Below, piece by piece: positions 1-8,797 of a stretch of 32,000 bases of DNA. The translations under genes and the position numbers were made by a program. The notes beneath the pieces were generated by a model. It did not search any database. It saw nothing but the letters and a program-made list of their open reading frames with translations, and was not told where the DNA came from. The stretch comes from Clostridia bacterium (lineage in GTDB: Bacteria; Bacillota; DTU025), in the NCBI GenBank assembly GCA_034926675.1, contig JAYFQW010000081.1:1-32000 (forward strand), given 5' to 3'. The first letter of the stretch is position 1, and each line of letters begins with the position of its first letter.

Positions 1-882
1 GTACACATGCTTCGGTTCGGGGCGTCCGGTCCCGGGCATAGTCATCGAAGTTGGTTTCTCAAAGTGCAGGCTGTATTCGTACGAAGTCTTGTCCCAGGTG
101 CTTGCCTGCCTGTATGCCCAGCTGGCCTCCACTCTATCCAGGGCGTCGTACTTGTACCATGATGCGGCCCAGTCGCCGAACCCCGGGCCCGTCTGCACAG
201 CGCTCCAGAGCAGCCTGCCCGCGATGTCGTATCCCTGGTATGCTAGTCGCTCAGGCTCCCCGACTCTCCGTGGGGCGCTCTCCTTCTCCCATCGGACCGC
301 AGCCGAGTACCCGACCGGCGCCATCTCAGGCGGGGCTGGCGGCAGTGACATGGGGACCGACCCAGCGCTGACGCGCCATACTTCAGAGAACGTCCTGTCA
401 ACATCGCTTACGTTTGCCTCTTTGGGATAGTAGGTTCGTATCCTCCGTCCGAACGCATCGTATTCGTGCTTGGTCTCATGCGCTGTGCCGAACGCATCGT
501 ATTCTCGCACCGCGTATCCCAACGAGTCGTACTGCACACGGGCGACCTGCCGCCAATCTTCCTCTTCCTGCTCCGCGAGGACGAAGCGACCTAGGCCGTC
601 GCATGTCTCCCTGATTCTGTGGCTGCGGTCGTCGGCTATGGGCTCAGCGATTGTGACTGAGAACTTGGAATCGTCGTAGACGCGGCTATACACGGGGCGT
701 TTGGGATCGCCAAGGCTTTGTGCTGGCCTTTCCACTGTCAGAAGCCGCCCGATGCCATCGTAAGTATACCTGTTGTATGATGCATTCGCCGAGGGATCGC
801 CGACGGTGAACTTGTTGTACTGTATCACCCTTCCATACCATCCTTGCGGTCCTGTTCTCGAGCGTCGTGATGCTTGGCCTTG
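1..882 (-). pseudogene. YD-repeat/RHS-like protein fragment (N-terminally truncated, runs off window edge)
   Basis: Not in the ORF track. Reading the minus strand gives ...YGRVIQYNKFTVGDPSANASYNRYTYDGIGRLLTVERPAQSLGDPKRPVYSRVYDDSKFSVTIAEPIADDRSHRIRETCDGLGRFVLAEQEEEDWRQVARVQYDSLGYAVREYDAFGTAHETKHEYDAFGRRIRTYYPKEA... with repeated YDxxGR motifs. The frame is open from 882 to 1 and is preceded by an in-frame TAG at 883-885. Confidence 0.8.
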
Positions 883-1903
883 CTAGAACCTTTGCCTTGC
901 CCGAACTCTCAAGCATTCTGATGTGTGTTACGATCTCAAGCGCACTCCTCAGCCACGGCCTTGCCTTGAACACGTCCCCGAATTCCTGCGGCGTGGTTCC
1001 CGGGGGAAGCTCCGTCTCTTTCAGCGCGAGCGTGAACACCGGCTGGCCTTGACTTCCCTGCCAGTCGATGCCCACGGAGCCCATATCGTCGGAATACGCC
1101 TCCACAATCTCGACGTCGAACGAGATCAGGGCTGGAACGCGGTCGAGTTCTCCAATTGCGTTCTCAACCTGATCCATATCTTCGACGGGTGCGGTTACTG
1201 CGATGGCGTTCGCGCCTCTTATGGGCGTCAGCCTTGCTGACTGAAATTGGCCTTGCAGAGACATCGCGGTCTCAGCGGCATCGGCGTAGCAAAGACGGAC
1301 GAGCCGAAAAGCCTGACTCTCGAGCCGACTGTGGGACGGATTCCTAAGGTAGCCATCAAGCGCCGCTCTGACTGCATTTACTTGACTGTACGGACCTCGG
1401 ACCACTACAGCCTTCAACTCAGAGAACGGCTGCGCCTCAATGTCTTTCCCTACTGCCTCTATCAGTGGGAGGATTGACTGAAGATCCCAGGCGGAGACGT
1501 CGAAGACCTGCACCCGCTCATCACGATGTACAGGTCTCCGTCAACCGTTGCCTGGGCGCCCGACGCCCTGGCTATCGTCTCGAGCGTGCTCGAAGGGGAC
1601 GTTTACAAGGCAAACGGTGATCTTCGCGTTGATGGCGTCATCGATAACGATGTTCACGCCAGCAGCCGATGCGAGTTGGGAGATCACCAACCTAGCATCC
1701 TGGGATGCCGCGTTGATGGACACGAGGGGAGAATGCACTTCAGAAGCCGGGCTCGATGCGCAAGCGCAGGAAGCGACACCGCAAGTCGCGCAGAGGAACA
1801 CGACTAGCGCAGCAAGAAGGCGCCACAGGCGGAACGACGCTGTTTGAGCCTCGAGATGAGTGGGAGCGGACCTGCGAGAAACTGCCTCGGCCATGGCTTC
1901 CAC
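800..1903 (-). pseudogene. Secretin (GspD/PilQ family) pseudogene, frameshifted and 3'-truncated
   Basis: The 1541..1903 ORF has a signal-like N-terminus, then SINAASQDARLVISQLASAAGVNIVIDDAINAKITVCLVNVPFEHA. The match then continues in a second frame (LETIARASGAQATVDGDLY) and a third frame (RDERVQVFDVSAWDLQSILPLIEAVG...KVLARPSITTLENRTARMVWKGD). Secretin N-domain and ARPSITTLENRTA motifs are present, with at least two frame changes between 1513 and 1575. Confidence 0.65.
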
Positions 1904-2381
1904 CTCGCGTGCATAGCCACATGGCAGCGAACACTAGCACATAGAAGGTGAGAGCATCTTGCAGGATTTGTGGCTTGATTCTTTGGCACTTACAGATTCC
2001 TCCCACTATTTAGCGATTCCTCCTTGCAACAGCTCGCGAAATCACTACAGATATCTATGAATTATGTGATTCTTCGATGGCCTTTGTAAGGGTATCATCT
2101 TCACTGCCCTAACCATCCCAACCGAAAACTAACAGAAATCGCGCGCCTTCTTCAAGTTCCACTCTGCGACTGATGCCTTCGTCTTGGACAACTGGCGCTG
2201 CCGCGATCGCCGTTGGGGACTCTGACCCGGCAGGTCTCGATCGCGTCAGGTACACCACCAATGAGTGTAGGCACACCCGCAGGCGTGCCCACCGCGCGCC
2301 AAGCCATCGGTTCTTCGCATTTGCCTGGACCTCGCCAGCCCTACTGCGAAGCTACAGAGAGTTGGCGGGCGGGTTCTAGCT

Positions 2382-3407
2382 TTGTCCGGACTGAATATGC
2401 TCTACAGGTGGCTTTGCGCCCCTGGAGGTACGGCTGTGGGGAGGTTCCTGTGTATCGCTGCGCTGCTGTGCGTACTCGTAATAGTCGCAGTTCCGAGTGG
2501 GATTGCCCTGCTCATTGGGTCGCCGAACCGGGATCGCGAGGGGATCATGAGCATTTCCCTGTACGATTCCAGCACGGGCGCAATCAGGCGGATGACTCTC
2601 CAGGAGTACCTTGTGGGTGTGGTCGCTGCGGAGATGCCTGCCTCATTCGGATATGAGGCCCTGAAGGCGCAGGCGGTGGCTGCGAGGACCTACACTATCC
2701 GCAGGATCATCCAGAACAGGGAGGCGCCGTGCGACGCACACAGGGGAGCGGACATGTGCAGCGATCCCGGGCACTGCCAGGCGTGGTGTTCCAGAGAAGA
2801 GCTTGTCCGGAAATGGGGTGTGGCATCGTACATATCCAATGTGCGGACTATCATCGGGGCAGTCGCCGACACGGATGGTCTTGTGATGACATATCAGGGC
2901 CAGCTCATTGATGCCGTGTACCATTCCTGCTGCGGAGGAGTCACTGAGGACGCGGCAGATGTCTGGGGCCGGAAGGCGCCTTATCTGGTCCCTGTGAGAT
3001 GCGATTACGAGGGAAGGGCAGGAGGGCTTACAGAATCAAAGACCTTCACCAGCGCTCAACTCATCGCAGCATTGGGAATCAGGGATCGGGCGGTTCCGAC
3101 GCTCTCTTCTGGAGTGAGGGTGGCGGCGACGACCCCCACTGCACGAGCCAGTGTGGTTTCGGTGTACGGCGTGCCTGTGCTGGCAGCCGACCTCCGTCGG
3201 GCTCTCTCCTTGAAATCCACTGCGCTTGCGGTGCGCAGTGATAGCGGCAAAGTCACGTTCACTACTAGAGGATACGGCCACGGCGTCGGGATGTGTCAGT
3301 GGGGAGCAGATGGCATGGCAGCTGCCGGCATCAGTTTCGACCGCATTCTCCTGCATTACTATACCGGGGTTCAGATTCAGAGAATCCGGTTGGGGCCTGG
3401 GGAATAG
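2382..3407 (+). CDS. spoIID: Stage II sporulation protein D (SpoIID/LytB family)
   Basis: N-terminal TM, then LQEYLVGVVAAEMPASFGYEALKAQAVAARTYTI, CGGVTEDAADVWG, and GYGHGVGMCQWGADGMAAAGISFDRILLHYYTGVQI, all hallmark SpoIID motifs. The gene order spoIID-spoIIQ-spoIIID-mbl supports the call. Confidence 0.93.
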   Translation: MSGLNMLYRWLCAPGGTAVGRFLCIAALLCVLVIVAVPSGIALLIGSPNRDREGIMSISLYDSSTGAIRRMTLQEYLVGVVAAEMPASFGYEALKAQAVAARTYTIRRIIQNREAPCDAHRGADMCSDPGHCQAWCSREELVRKWGVASYISNVRTIIGAVADTDGLVMTYQGQLIDAVYHSCCGGVTEDAADVWGRKAPYLVPVRCDYEGRAGGLTESKTFTSAQLIAALGIRDRAVPTLSSGVRVAATTPTARASVVSVYGVPVLAADLRRALSLKSTALAVRSDSGKVTFTTRGYGHGVGMCQWGADGMAAAGISFDRILLHYYTGVQIQRIRLGPGE

Positions 3408-3493
3408 ACACACCATGGCTTCCGTGGCCTTCGGCCTGGAAGTCACGCATACCCCTGCCTGCCTCGGGGAAGAATTCGCCCCGAGGTGGTTTC

Positions 3494-4111
3494 ATGCTCA
3501 GGAAGAAGATCTCTGCGCGTTTGGTCGTAATTACGGCTGTCGCCGCAGTGTCGTTGTGTATCGGCTATTCTGCGGCCCTCGTCTGGCCATGGCGCGCCAC
3601 GGCGCCAACTGGTCCTCAGGTGACTGCGGCTGGGATCAAGACTGACACCGGGGACACCTGGATCTCTGCAGGCCTAGATGCAGCTACGCCGGTCAGCGCT
3701 CCGGCGCCAAGAAGGCCAGAGACGATGACGATGCCAGTTCAGGGGAAGGTGGTCGCGGACTATGGCTGGCAGCGGGATCCCATCCTTTCGGACTGGCGAT
3801 TCAGGGACGGAATCGACATTCTGTGTGACGCGGGTGCGCAGGCGTCAGCAGCACTATCAGGCACGGTGCGCGAGGCAGCTGGGAATGGATCATCCGGCTT
3901 CACAGTAGTCCTGGAACACAGGGGCGGAGTCTCAACGGTCTACGCCAATCTCAGGACGCTTTTGGTATCCACGGGCGACTCAGTGGAACAGGGGTCTGGC
4001 ATAGGGGATGTGGGGGCATCGCCTGAGGCAGGCGGCAGCGTGCTTCGATTCAAGGTCGAGTGCGAGGGGGAGCTCAGAGATCCCGCGTCCTGCATGGGGC
4101 TTGTGTTCTAG
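3494..4111 (+). CDS. spoIIQ: SpoIIQ-like LytM/M23-fold protein with degenerate active site
   Basis: Start moved to the in-frame ATG at 3494 (MLRKKISARLVVITAVAAVSLCIGYSAALVW, a single TM). M23-like fold: GKVVADYGWQRDPILSDWRFRDGIDILCDAGAQASAALSGTVREA...GFTVVLEHRGGVSTVYANLRTLLVSTGDSVEQGSGIGDVG. It sits between spoIID and spoIIID. Confidence 0.65.
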   Translation: MLRKKISARLVVITAVAAVSLCIGYSAALVWPWRATAPTGPQVTAAGIKTDTGDTWISAGLDAATPVSAPAPRRPETMTMPVQGKVVADYGWQRDPILSDWRFRDGIDILCDAGAQASAALSGTVREAAGNGSSGFTVVLEHRGGVSTVYANLRTLLVSTGDSVEQGSGIGDVGASPEAGGSVLRFKVECEGELRDPASCMGLVF

Positions 4112-4122
4112 CTGAGGAATAA

Positions 4123-4166
4123 TCCCTCCCTGTACGAATACCTATCTAGCAAACGACAGGGAGGGA
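4123..4166 (+). promoter_or_regulatory. 11-bp perfect inverted repeat covering the spoIIID Shine-Dalgarno region
   Basis: TCCCTCCCTGT (4123-4133) and ACAGGGAGGGA (4156-4166) are exact reverse complements with a 22-nt loop. The 3' arm contains the GGGAGG-type SD just upstream of ATG 4180. Confidence 0.55.
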
Positions 4167-4179
4167 GGCCGGACGACAC

Positions 4180-4437
4180 ATGAGGGAGTACATTCGTCGG
4201 CGCGTCCTTGAAATAACTGACCACATGATTGAGACCAAGGCCACGGTGCGCCAGACGGCGCGCCTGTTTAATGTGAGCAAGAGTACTGTTCACAAGGATG
4301 TGACCGAGAGGCTTCCCTCGATCAACAAGCAGCTTGCACGCAAAGTAAAGAAAATTCTTGACCAAAACAAGGCCGAGAGGCATATCAGAGGGGGCGAGGC
4401 GACCAGAAGGAAGTACCGCACCGCTCTCCATAGCTGA
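4180..4437 (+). CDS. spoIIID: Stage III sporulation transcriptional regulator SpoIIID
   Basis: 85 aa: MREYIRRRVLEITDHMIETKATVRQTARLFNVSKSTVHKDVTERLPSINKQLARKVKKILDQNKAERHIRGGEATRRKY. The signature VSKSTVHKDVTERLP and RHIRGGEAT motifs are present. Confidence 0.96.
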   Translation: MREYIRRRVLEITDHMIETKATVRQTARLFNVSKSTVHKDVTERLPSINKQLARKVKKILDQNKAERHIRGGEATRRKYRTALHS

Positions 4438-4568
4438 TGTATGATGGAAGGTGAAACCGGACTGAGGCCGAATTCTACCGAAATCCAGAGGATGACCCGC
4501 AGTGACTGGTTCAAGCTGGTCATTCCCCTGGCACACCCGGGGGTAGCGGAATGGCGTGGTCACAGATG

Positions 4569-5561
4569 GACATGGGAATCGACTTAGGCACTGAGAACAT
4601 CCGGGTCTTCGTTCGAGGGCGGGGAGTGGTTATCGACGAGCGCTCAGTAGTGGCAGTGCACGCCCGGACCGGCCAGTTCCTCGAGGCCGGGAACCGAGCG
4701 AGCGAAGCTCTGTACAAGGACCCATACGAGAGGAAACTCATCAAGCCGATTTCAGCCGGGGCGATCTCTCGATATGATGGTGCGCTGATGATACTGAGGT
4801 GGGCCATTGCCAGGGCCATTGGCGGCGCGGTCATCCGCCCCAGAGTGGTATTGTCGGCGCCGTCGCGTGCAACCGACGTGGAGAGGCGAGCTTTGAGGCA
4901 GGCCGCGATGGAGGCTGGGGCGCGTGAGATCGCTATGATCGAGGCCCCGATGGCCGCTGCGATTGGCGCCGGCATAGATGTGTTCGAATCCACAGGGCAT
5001 ATGGTTGTAGACATAGGAGCAGGTGTAACCGATATTGGCGTGATAGCCATCGGCGGGCTGGTTGCTGGGGACAGGCTCGACACTGGAGGAGACAGCTTCG
5101 ATAAGGCCCTGATAAGGTACGTTCGCTCGTCGAGGAACCTGATGTTAGGAGACCGGGCCGCAGAATGCATGAAGGCGGAAGTGGGAGCGGCGCATGGCGG
5201 CGTCGCTGCCCTTTCCATGATAGTGCATGGGCGCGATCTCGCCTCGGGCCTCCCAAGGGAGGCCAGTGTGACATCGCAGGAGATCTCCGAAGCACTGTCA
5301 GCGTGCTTGCGGGACATCTCCGATGCGGTAAGATGTGTAATAGAAGCAACACCGCCTGAGCTAATAGCGGATATCTCTGAGCACGGCATACTCCTTACTG
5401 GCGGAGCATCGCGCCTGCGAGGAATCGCCGATTGTGTCGGGGAAGCGGCAGGTGTTCGCGCGCTGGTCGCTCCTGACCCCGCGAGGTGCGTGATTAACGG
5501 CCTTGGAAGGTTCGCAGAGGGCATGGACCTGCGCGTGACATCCAGCGTCAAAAGAGTATGA
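4569..5561 (+). CDS. mreB: MreB/Mbl family rod-shape-determining actin-like protein
   Basis: GIDLGTENIRVFVRGRGVVIDERSVVAV, IEAPMAAAIGAGIDVFESTGHMVVDIGAGVTDIGVIAIGG, GILLTGGASRLRGI. It lies directly downstream of spoIIID, as mbl does in Bacillus. The ORF track starts at 4551; the ATG at 4569 (MDMGID) looks more likely. Confidence 0.85.
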   Translation, partial: DMGIDLGTENIRVFVRGRGVVIDERSVVAVHARTGQFLEAGNRASEALYKDPYERKLIKPISAGAISRYDGALMILRWAIARAIGGAVIRPRVVLSAPSRATDVERRALRQAAMEAGAREIAMIEAPMAAAIGAGIDVFESTGHMVVDIGAGVTDIGVIAIGGLVAGDRLDTGGDSFDKALIRYVRSSRNLMLGDRAAECMKAEVGAAHGGVAALSMIVHGRDLASGLPREASVTSQEISEALSACLRDISDAVRCVIEATPPELIADISEHGILLTGGASRLRGIADCVGEAAGVRALVAPDPARCVINGLGRFAEGMDLRVTSSVKRV

Positions 5562-5592
5562 TTGGTCTAGTCAACAGGCATCGAGAGGAGCG

Positions 5593-7491
5593 TTGCGTCG
5601 AGTGTTTAGGAGGATTTCGTCTGGGAGATTTCTTGCCTTCGCGGTCATCGCTTGCATTGTCGTCCTTTGGGCGCATTCACCGGCCATGGCCGCCTCCAGC
5701 GGTGTGCCTACCATGGGTGTTCACGAACTCACTCCTGGTATGGCGGCATCCGGCAGGACGGTCTTCGCAGGAACGGCGCCGGAGGACTTCCCAGTGGAGA
5801 TCCTCGGAGTGCTTCCCGGGGCCGGACAGGTCGGAGATCTCGTGCTGATCCGGGCTTTTGGTCCTGCCATTGATAAGGCAGGAGGCATAGCTGAGGGCAT
5901 GAGCGGCAGCCCGGTGTATGTCGACGGGAAGCTGATCGGCGCAATAGCATTCGTTTTCCCGTCGGGGGATCAGTCAGTGGGGATGGTTACGCCAATTGCG
6001 GACATGATGAGGATGCTGTCGTATCCAGACAATGCTGATCGAAGCGCATCAGTTTGGACAGGCGCTCCCCTAGGCCTTGTCGCATCTACGGTGATGGTGA
6101 GTGGCCTATCCGGCAGGGCATACGATAGACTAGCGGATTCGCTGAAGAAGCTCGGAATTGCGGCCAGGCAGGGCGCTGCATACACAGCTGCTGCGGGGGT
6201 CAGTGGAAATGGATCGTTTGCCAGCGGCTTGTCACAGGTCGAGCCCATAATTCCAGGCTCTGCCATAGGGGTGCAGCTTGCGCAGGGAGATATCGAGATC
6301 ACTTCATTCGGGACTGTTACGTACGTCGAAGGGGACAGGTTCCTTGCGTTCGGCCACCCTCTGCGCGGTGTGGGTGTGACTGACCTTCCTGCGTGCTCAG
6401 CGTATGTGCATGGCGTGTTCAAATCGAACGCATCGCCGTTCAAGGTGATGTCGTCAGGACGTCAGGTCGGAGCATTCAGTCAGGACCGCCTGACTGGCAT
6501 GCTGGGCAGGACTGGCGCGAATGCGGCGATGACGCCCGTCAGGGTGCGGGTGGTTGACGGGGAGACGGGACGCGAGAAGGAGACCATCGCACGGATTACC
6601 ACAGATGACCTGATCATTGCCGACGTATTCGGCTCCGCAGTTCTGGCCGCAACCGACCGCACGCTCGAGCGAGTTGGAAAGGGCGCAGCAACCGTCACTC
6701 TCAAGGTAGACCTGGACGGCAGGGAACCTTTCGAGCGGATCAACACGTTCTGTAGTAATTCGGATGTAGCTGGGGCGAGCGCGTCGGAGGCTGTGGACAT
6801 CGTAAACCTGATCGCTTCCAACACCATTGAGAGGGCGAAGATCTCGGGCATCGATCTGGTCGTGCAGGTGGACCCGGTGCGCCGCACTGCCGCCATAGAG
6901 AAGGTCAAAGTGGCTCAGAATCAGGTGAAGCCAGGCGACACCATCGATGTGGAGGTGACTCTGAGAGAGTACCGTGGAGAGAGAATCGTAAAGACGGTGC
7001 AACTGGCAATCCCAGAGGATGTGCCGGGCGGTCCGATCTCCATATGTGTGAGGGGTGGAAGCCCTGCATACGATGAGGAGGATTACAGCTGCCTCCCACC
7101 GACCATCGAAGAGCTTCTCAAGATGGATCTGGACACAATGCTTGAGAAGCTTGGCGCCCGCTACCGCGGGAACGAGCTTGTCGTGGAACTTGAGCCATAC
7201 TATACCGACGAAGCCGGGACGCCTGGCAAGGAGGCGCCTGCCCATGACGCTTCCGGGGAACCGCAGCCCCATCGGGGCAACCCGCTGGATTCTGCCAAGG
7301 GCATGGATAAGCAGCAGGATAAGGCGGCCAAGCCGACTATCGCGCCTCCTGAAGAGGAACTGTCTCCTGAGCCTGTGGTGTCGAAAGTAGCGACAGACTG
7401 GGTCATCGAGGGGATCAGGTGGGCAACTGTTGAGATAGAAACACCTGTGGATGACGTCCCCATTGCGGACGAGACTGCATCCGACTGGTAA
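5593..7491 (+). CDS. SpoIVB-type S55 peptidase-domain protein with signal peptide and long C-terminal extension
   Basis: TTG start. ELTPGMAASGRTVFAGTAPEDFPVEILGVL, AGGIAEGMSGSPVYVDGKLIGAIAFVFPSGDQSVGMVTPI (GMSGSP nucleophile motif) and FLAFGHPLRG (candidate catalytic His). Confidence 0.8.
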   Translation: MRRVFRRISSGRFLAFAVIACIVVLWAHSPAMAASSGVPTMGVHELTPGMAASGRTVFAGTAPEDFPVEILGVLPGAGQVGDLVLIRAFGPAIDKAGGIAEGMSGSPVYVDGKLIGAIAFVFPSGDQSVGMVTPIADMMRMLSYPDNADRSASVWTGAPLGLVASTVMVSGLSGRAYDRLADSLKKLGIAARQGAAYTAAAGVSGNGSFASGLSQVEPIIPGSAIGVQLAQGDIEITSFGTVTYVEGDRFLAFGHPLRGVGVTDLPACSAYVHGVFKSNASPFKVMSSGRQVGAFSQDRLTGMLGRTGANAAMTPVRVRVVDGETGREKETIARITTDDLIIADVFGSAVLAATDRTLERVGKGAATVTLKVDLDGREPFERINTFCSNSDVAGASASEAVDIVNLIASNTIERAKISGIDLVVQVDPVRRTAAIEKVKVAQNQVKPGDTIDVEVTLREYRGERIVKTVQLAIPEDVPGGPISICVRGGSPAYDEEDYSCLPPTIEELLKMDLDTMLEKLGARYRGNELVVELEPYYTDEAGTPGKEAPAHDASGEPQPHRGNPLDSAKGMDKQQDKAAKPTIAPPEEELSPEPVVSKVATDWVIEGIRWATVEIETPVDDVPIADETASDW

Positions 7492-7505
7492 GCTGGGATG
7501 GACGC

Positions 7506-8543
7506 CTACGCCAACTGCCCGGGTTGTCTTGAGAAGACGGCTCGGGCCTTTCGCTGTTCAGCAAACCATCGCAGTGAATCAGAGATCGAATCCCGAAGCG
7601 GCCTTGGTGAGTATCCCAGCTCTCTTCTGGCCTTCGCGCTGCTTATGTCGCAGTTCGACAGCAGCGTTTCGATGGAATACTTGGTGATGCGAGTTGGGAT
7701 CCGCGTCAGAGCCGAGACCGTCATTGCTACGTGAGCCGCGACCCGAGCAAGCCACGCCGGAATCCTCACGCGAGTGATCCGACGCCTGCCAGATACCTCA
7801 TCGACTACCCGGCCCAGATTCGCTACAGTGATGCACTCGCCGGACAGAATATAGGTCTCGCCAGGCCTGCCTTTCTCGCATGCGAGTATGTGGCCGATGG
7901 CGACATCACGGACATCAACGAAATCGTAAGCTCCTTCCGGGACGGCTCTGAGGGAGCCCGATGCGAGATCCAGAAGCACCTGGCCCATTATGGATACACG
8001 GTAGTCGTAAGGACCGATCACCCCTGTGGGGCAGACGATCACCGCGTTCAACCCGCGCTTGGCCGCGTTGAGCACTGCCAGAGAGGCGTGGGCCTTTGAC
8101 CTGTCATACCCACCCCTGGAGCGGTTGGGATCGAATCCGCACGATTCGTCGATGGTGCGGCCCTTCGGCGGCTCTACCAGGGAATGAATGGAGCTGGTGT
8201 ACACGAGCTTCTTTACCCCTGCACGTTCCACCGCAGCAATGACGTTGATTGTTCCCTCAACGTTTACTCTGTTCACAAGCGCCTCCTGCTCAGGGGAGAT
8301 CACCACGAGGCCTGCGACGTGGTAGACGGCCTCGGCGCCAGAAAACGCCCTGTCGAGGGAATCCGGATCCAGTATGTCTCCGCGGACCACATCTACATCC
8401 AGCCCTGAGATGGCGCCCGTATCTTCAGACGGCAGAACCAGGGCCCTTACCTGTTTTCCGCGGGCCAATAGCTCCCGAACCAGCACATTCCCGATGTGGC
8501 CAGTTGCGCCTGTCACGACGATCATTTCACGCTCATCCTCCAA
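7506..8543 (-). CDS. NAD(P)-dependent epimerase/dehydratase (extended SDR, dihydroflavonol-4-reductase-like)
   Basis: VTGATGHIGNVLVRELLARGKQVRALV Rossmann motif, YTSSIHSL, and YDRSKAHA (YxxxK). It is the only convincing minus-strand intact gene in the window. Confidence 0.85.
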   Translation of the reverse strand: MEDEREMIVVTGATGHIGNVLVRELLARGKQVRALVLPSEDTGAISGLDVDVVRGDILDPDSLDRAFSGAEAVYHVAGLVVISPEQEALVNRVNVEGTINVIAAVERAGVKKLVYTSSIHSLVEPPKGRTIDESCGFDPNRSRGGYDRSKAHASLAVLNAAKRGLNAVIVCPTGVIGPYDYRVSIMGQVLLDLASGSLRAVPEGAYDFVDVRDVAIGHILACEKGRPGETYILSGECITVANLGRVVDEVSGRRRITRVRIPAWLARVAAHVAMTVSALTRIPTRITKYSIETLLSNCDISSAKARRELGYSPRPLRDSISDSLRWFAEQRKARAVFSRQPGQLA

Positions 8544-8616
8544 ACATACGGCGCTGGCCGAGCCCGCGGGGCGCCCGCATGAACAGGCGGCAACGATGTT
8601 CCGCCAGGCCTCGGCG

Positions 8617-8638
8617 ACTGACTGACCGTTCAGTCAGT
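8617..8638. promoter_or_regulatory. TetR-family-like operator palindrome
   Basis: ACTGACTGA-CCGT-TCAGTCAGT has perfect 9-bp arms and sits between the divergent 7506-8543 (-) gene and the tamB-like (+) gene. Confidence 0.6.
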
Positions 8639-8797
8639 TACAGTATAGATCTCACTGCCGTGGCTGTCAACGAGGCGATCTGCCCAGTGGAATTTAATGG
8701 GACAGTCCTCAACATATGCGCAGCCCGGAACGTTTTCACGCAAGCGCGCTCGAAGGTGGAGGGGAACCGATGTCGAACTCACCGAGTGGTGATATAT

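Noticed and set aside
2040-2073. AATCAC...GTGATT imperfect dyad in the AT-richer gap before spoIID
   Set aside because: Only 6-bp arms with ~20-nt spacing; too weak to separate from chance.
2213-2656. 147-aa ORF overlapping the start of spoIID
   Set aside because: Different frame, Arg/Cys-rich and motif-free; it overlaps conserved spoIID coding sequence.
3293-3493. Upstream extension of the SpoIIQ-like ORF
   Set aside because: It overlaps the 3' end of spoIID, and the TM segment begins right after ATG 3494.
4520-5551. 343-aa minus-strand ORF opposite mreB
   Set aside because: Long antisense frames are common in GC-rich coding DNA. Its translation is low-complexity Ser/Ala/Pro with no motif, while the + strand is unambiguous MreB.
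6454-7272. 272-aa minus-strand ORF opposite the S55 gene
   Set aside because: Antisense shadow of a well-supported gene; no recognisable domain.
8249-8797. Upstream extension of the tamB ORF in the ORF track
   Set aside because: It overlaps the intact divergent SDR gene and the TetR-like operator. The TM-containing start around 8786-8798 is more plausible.
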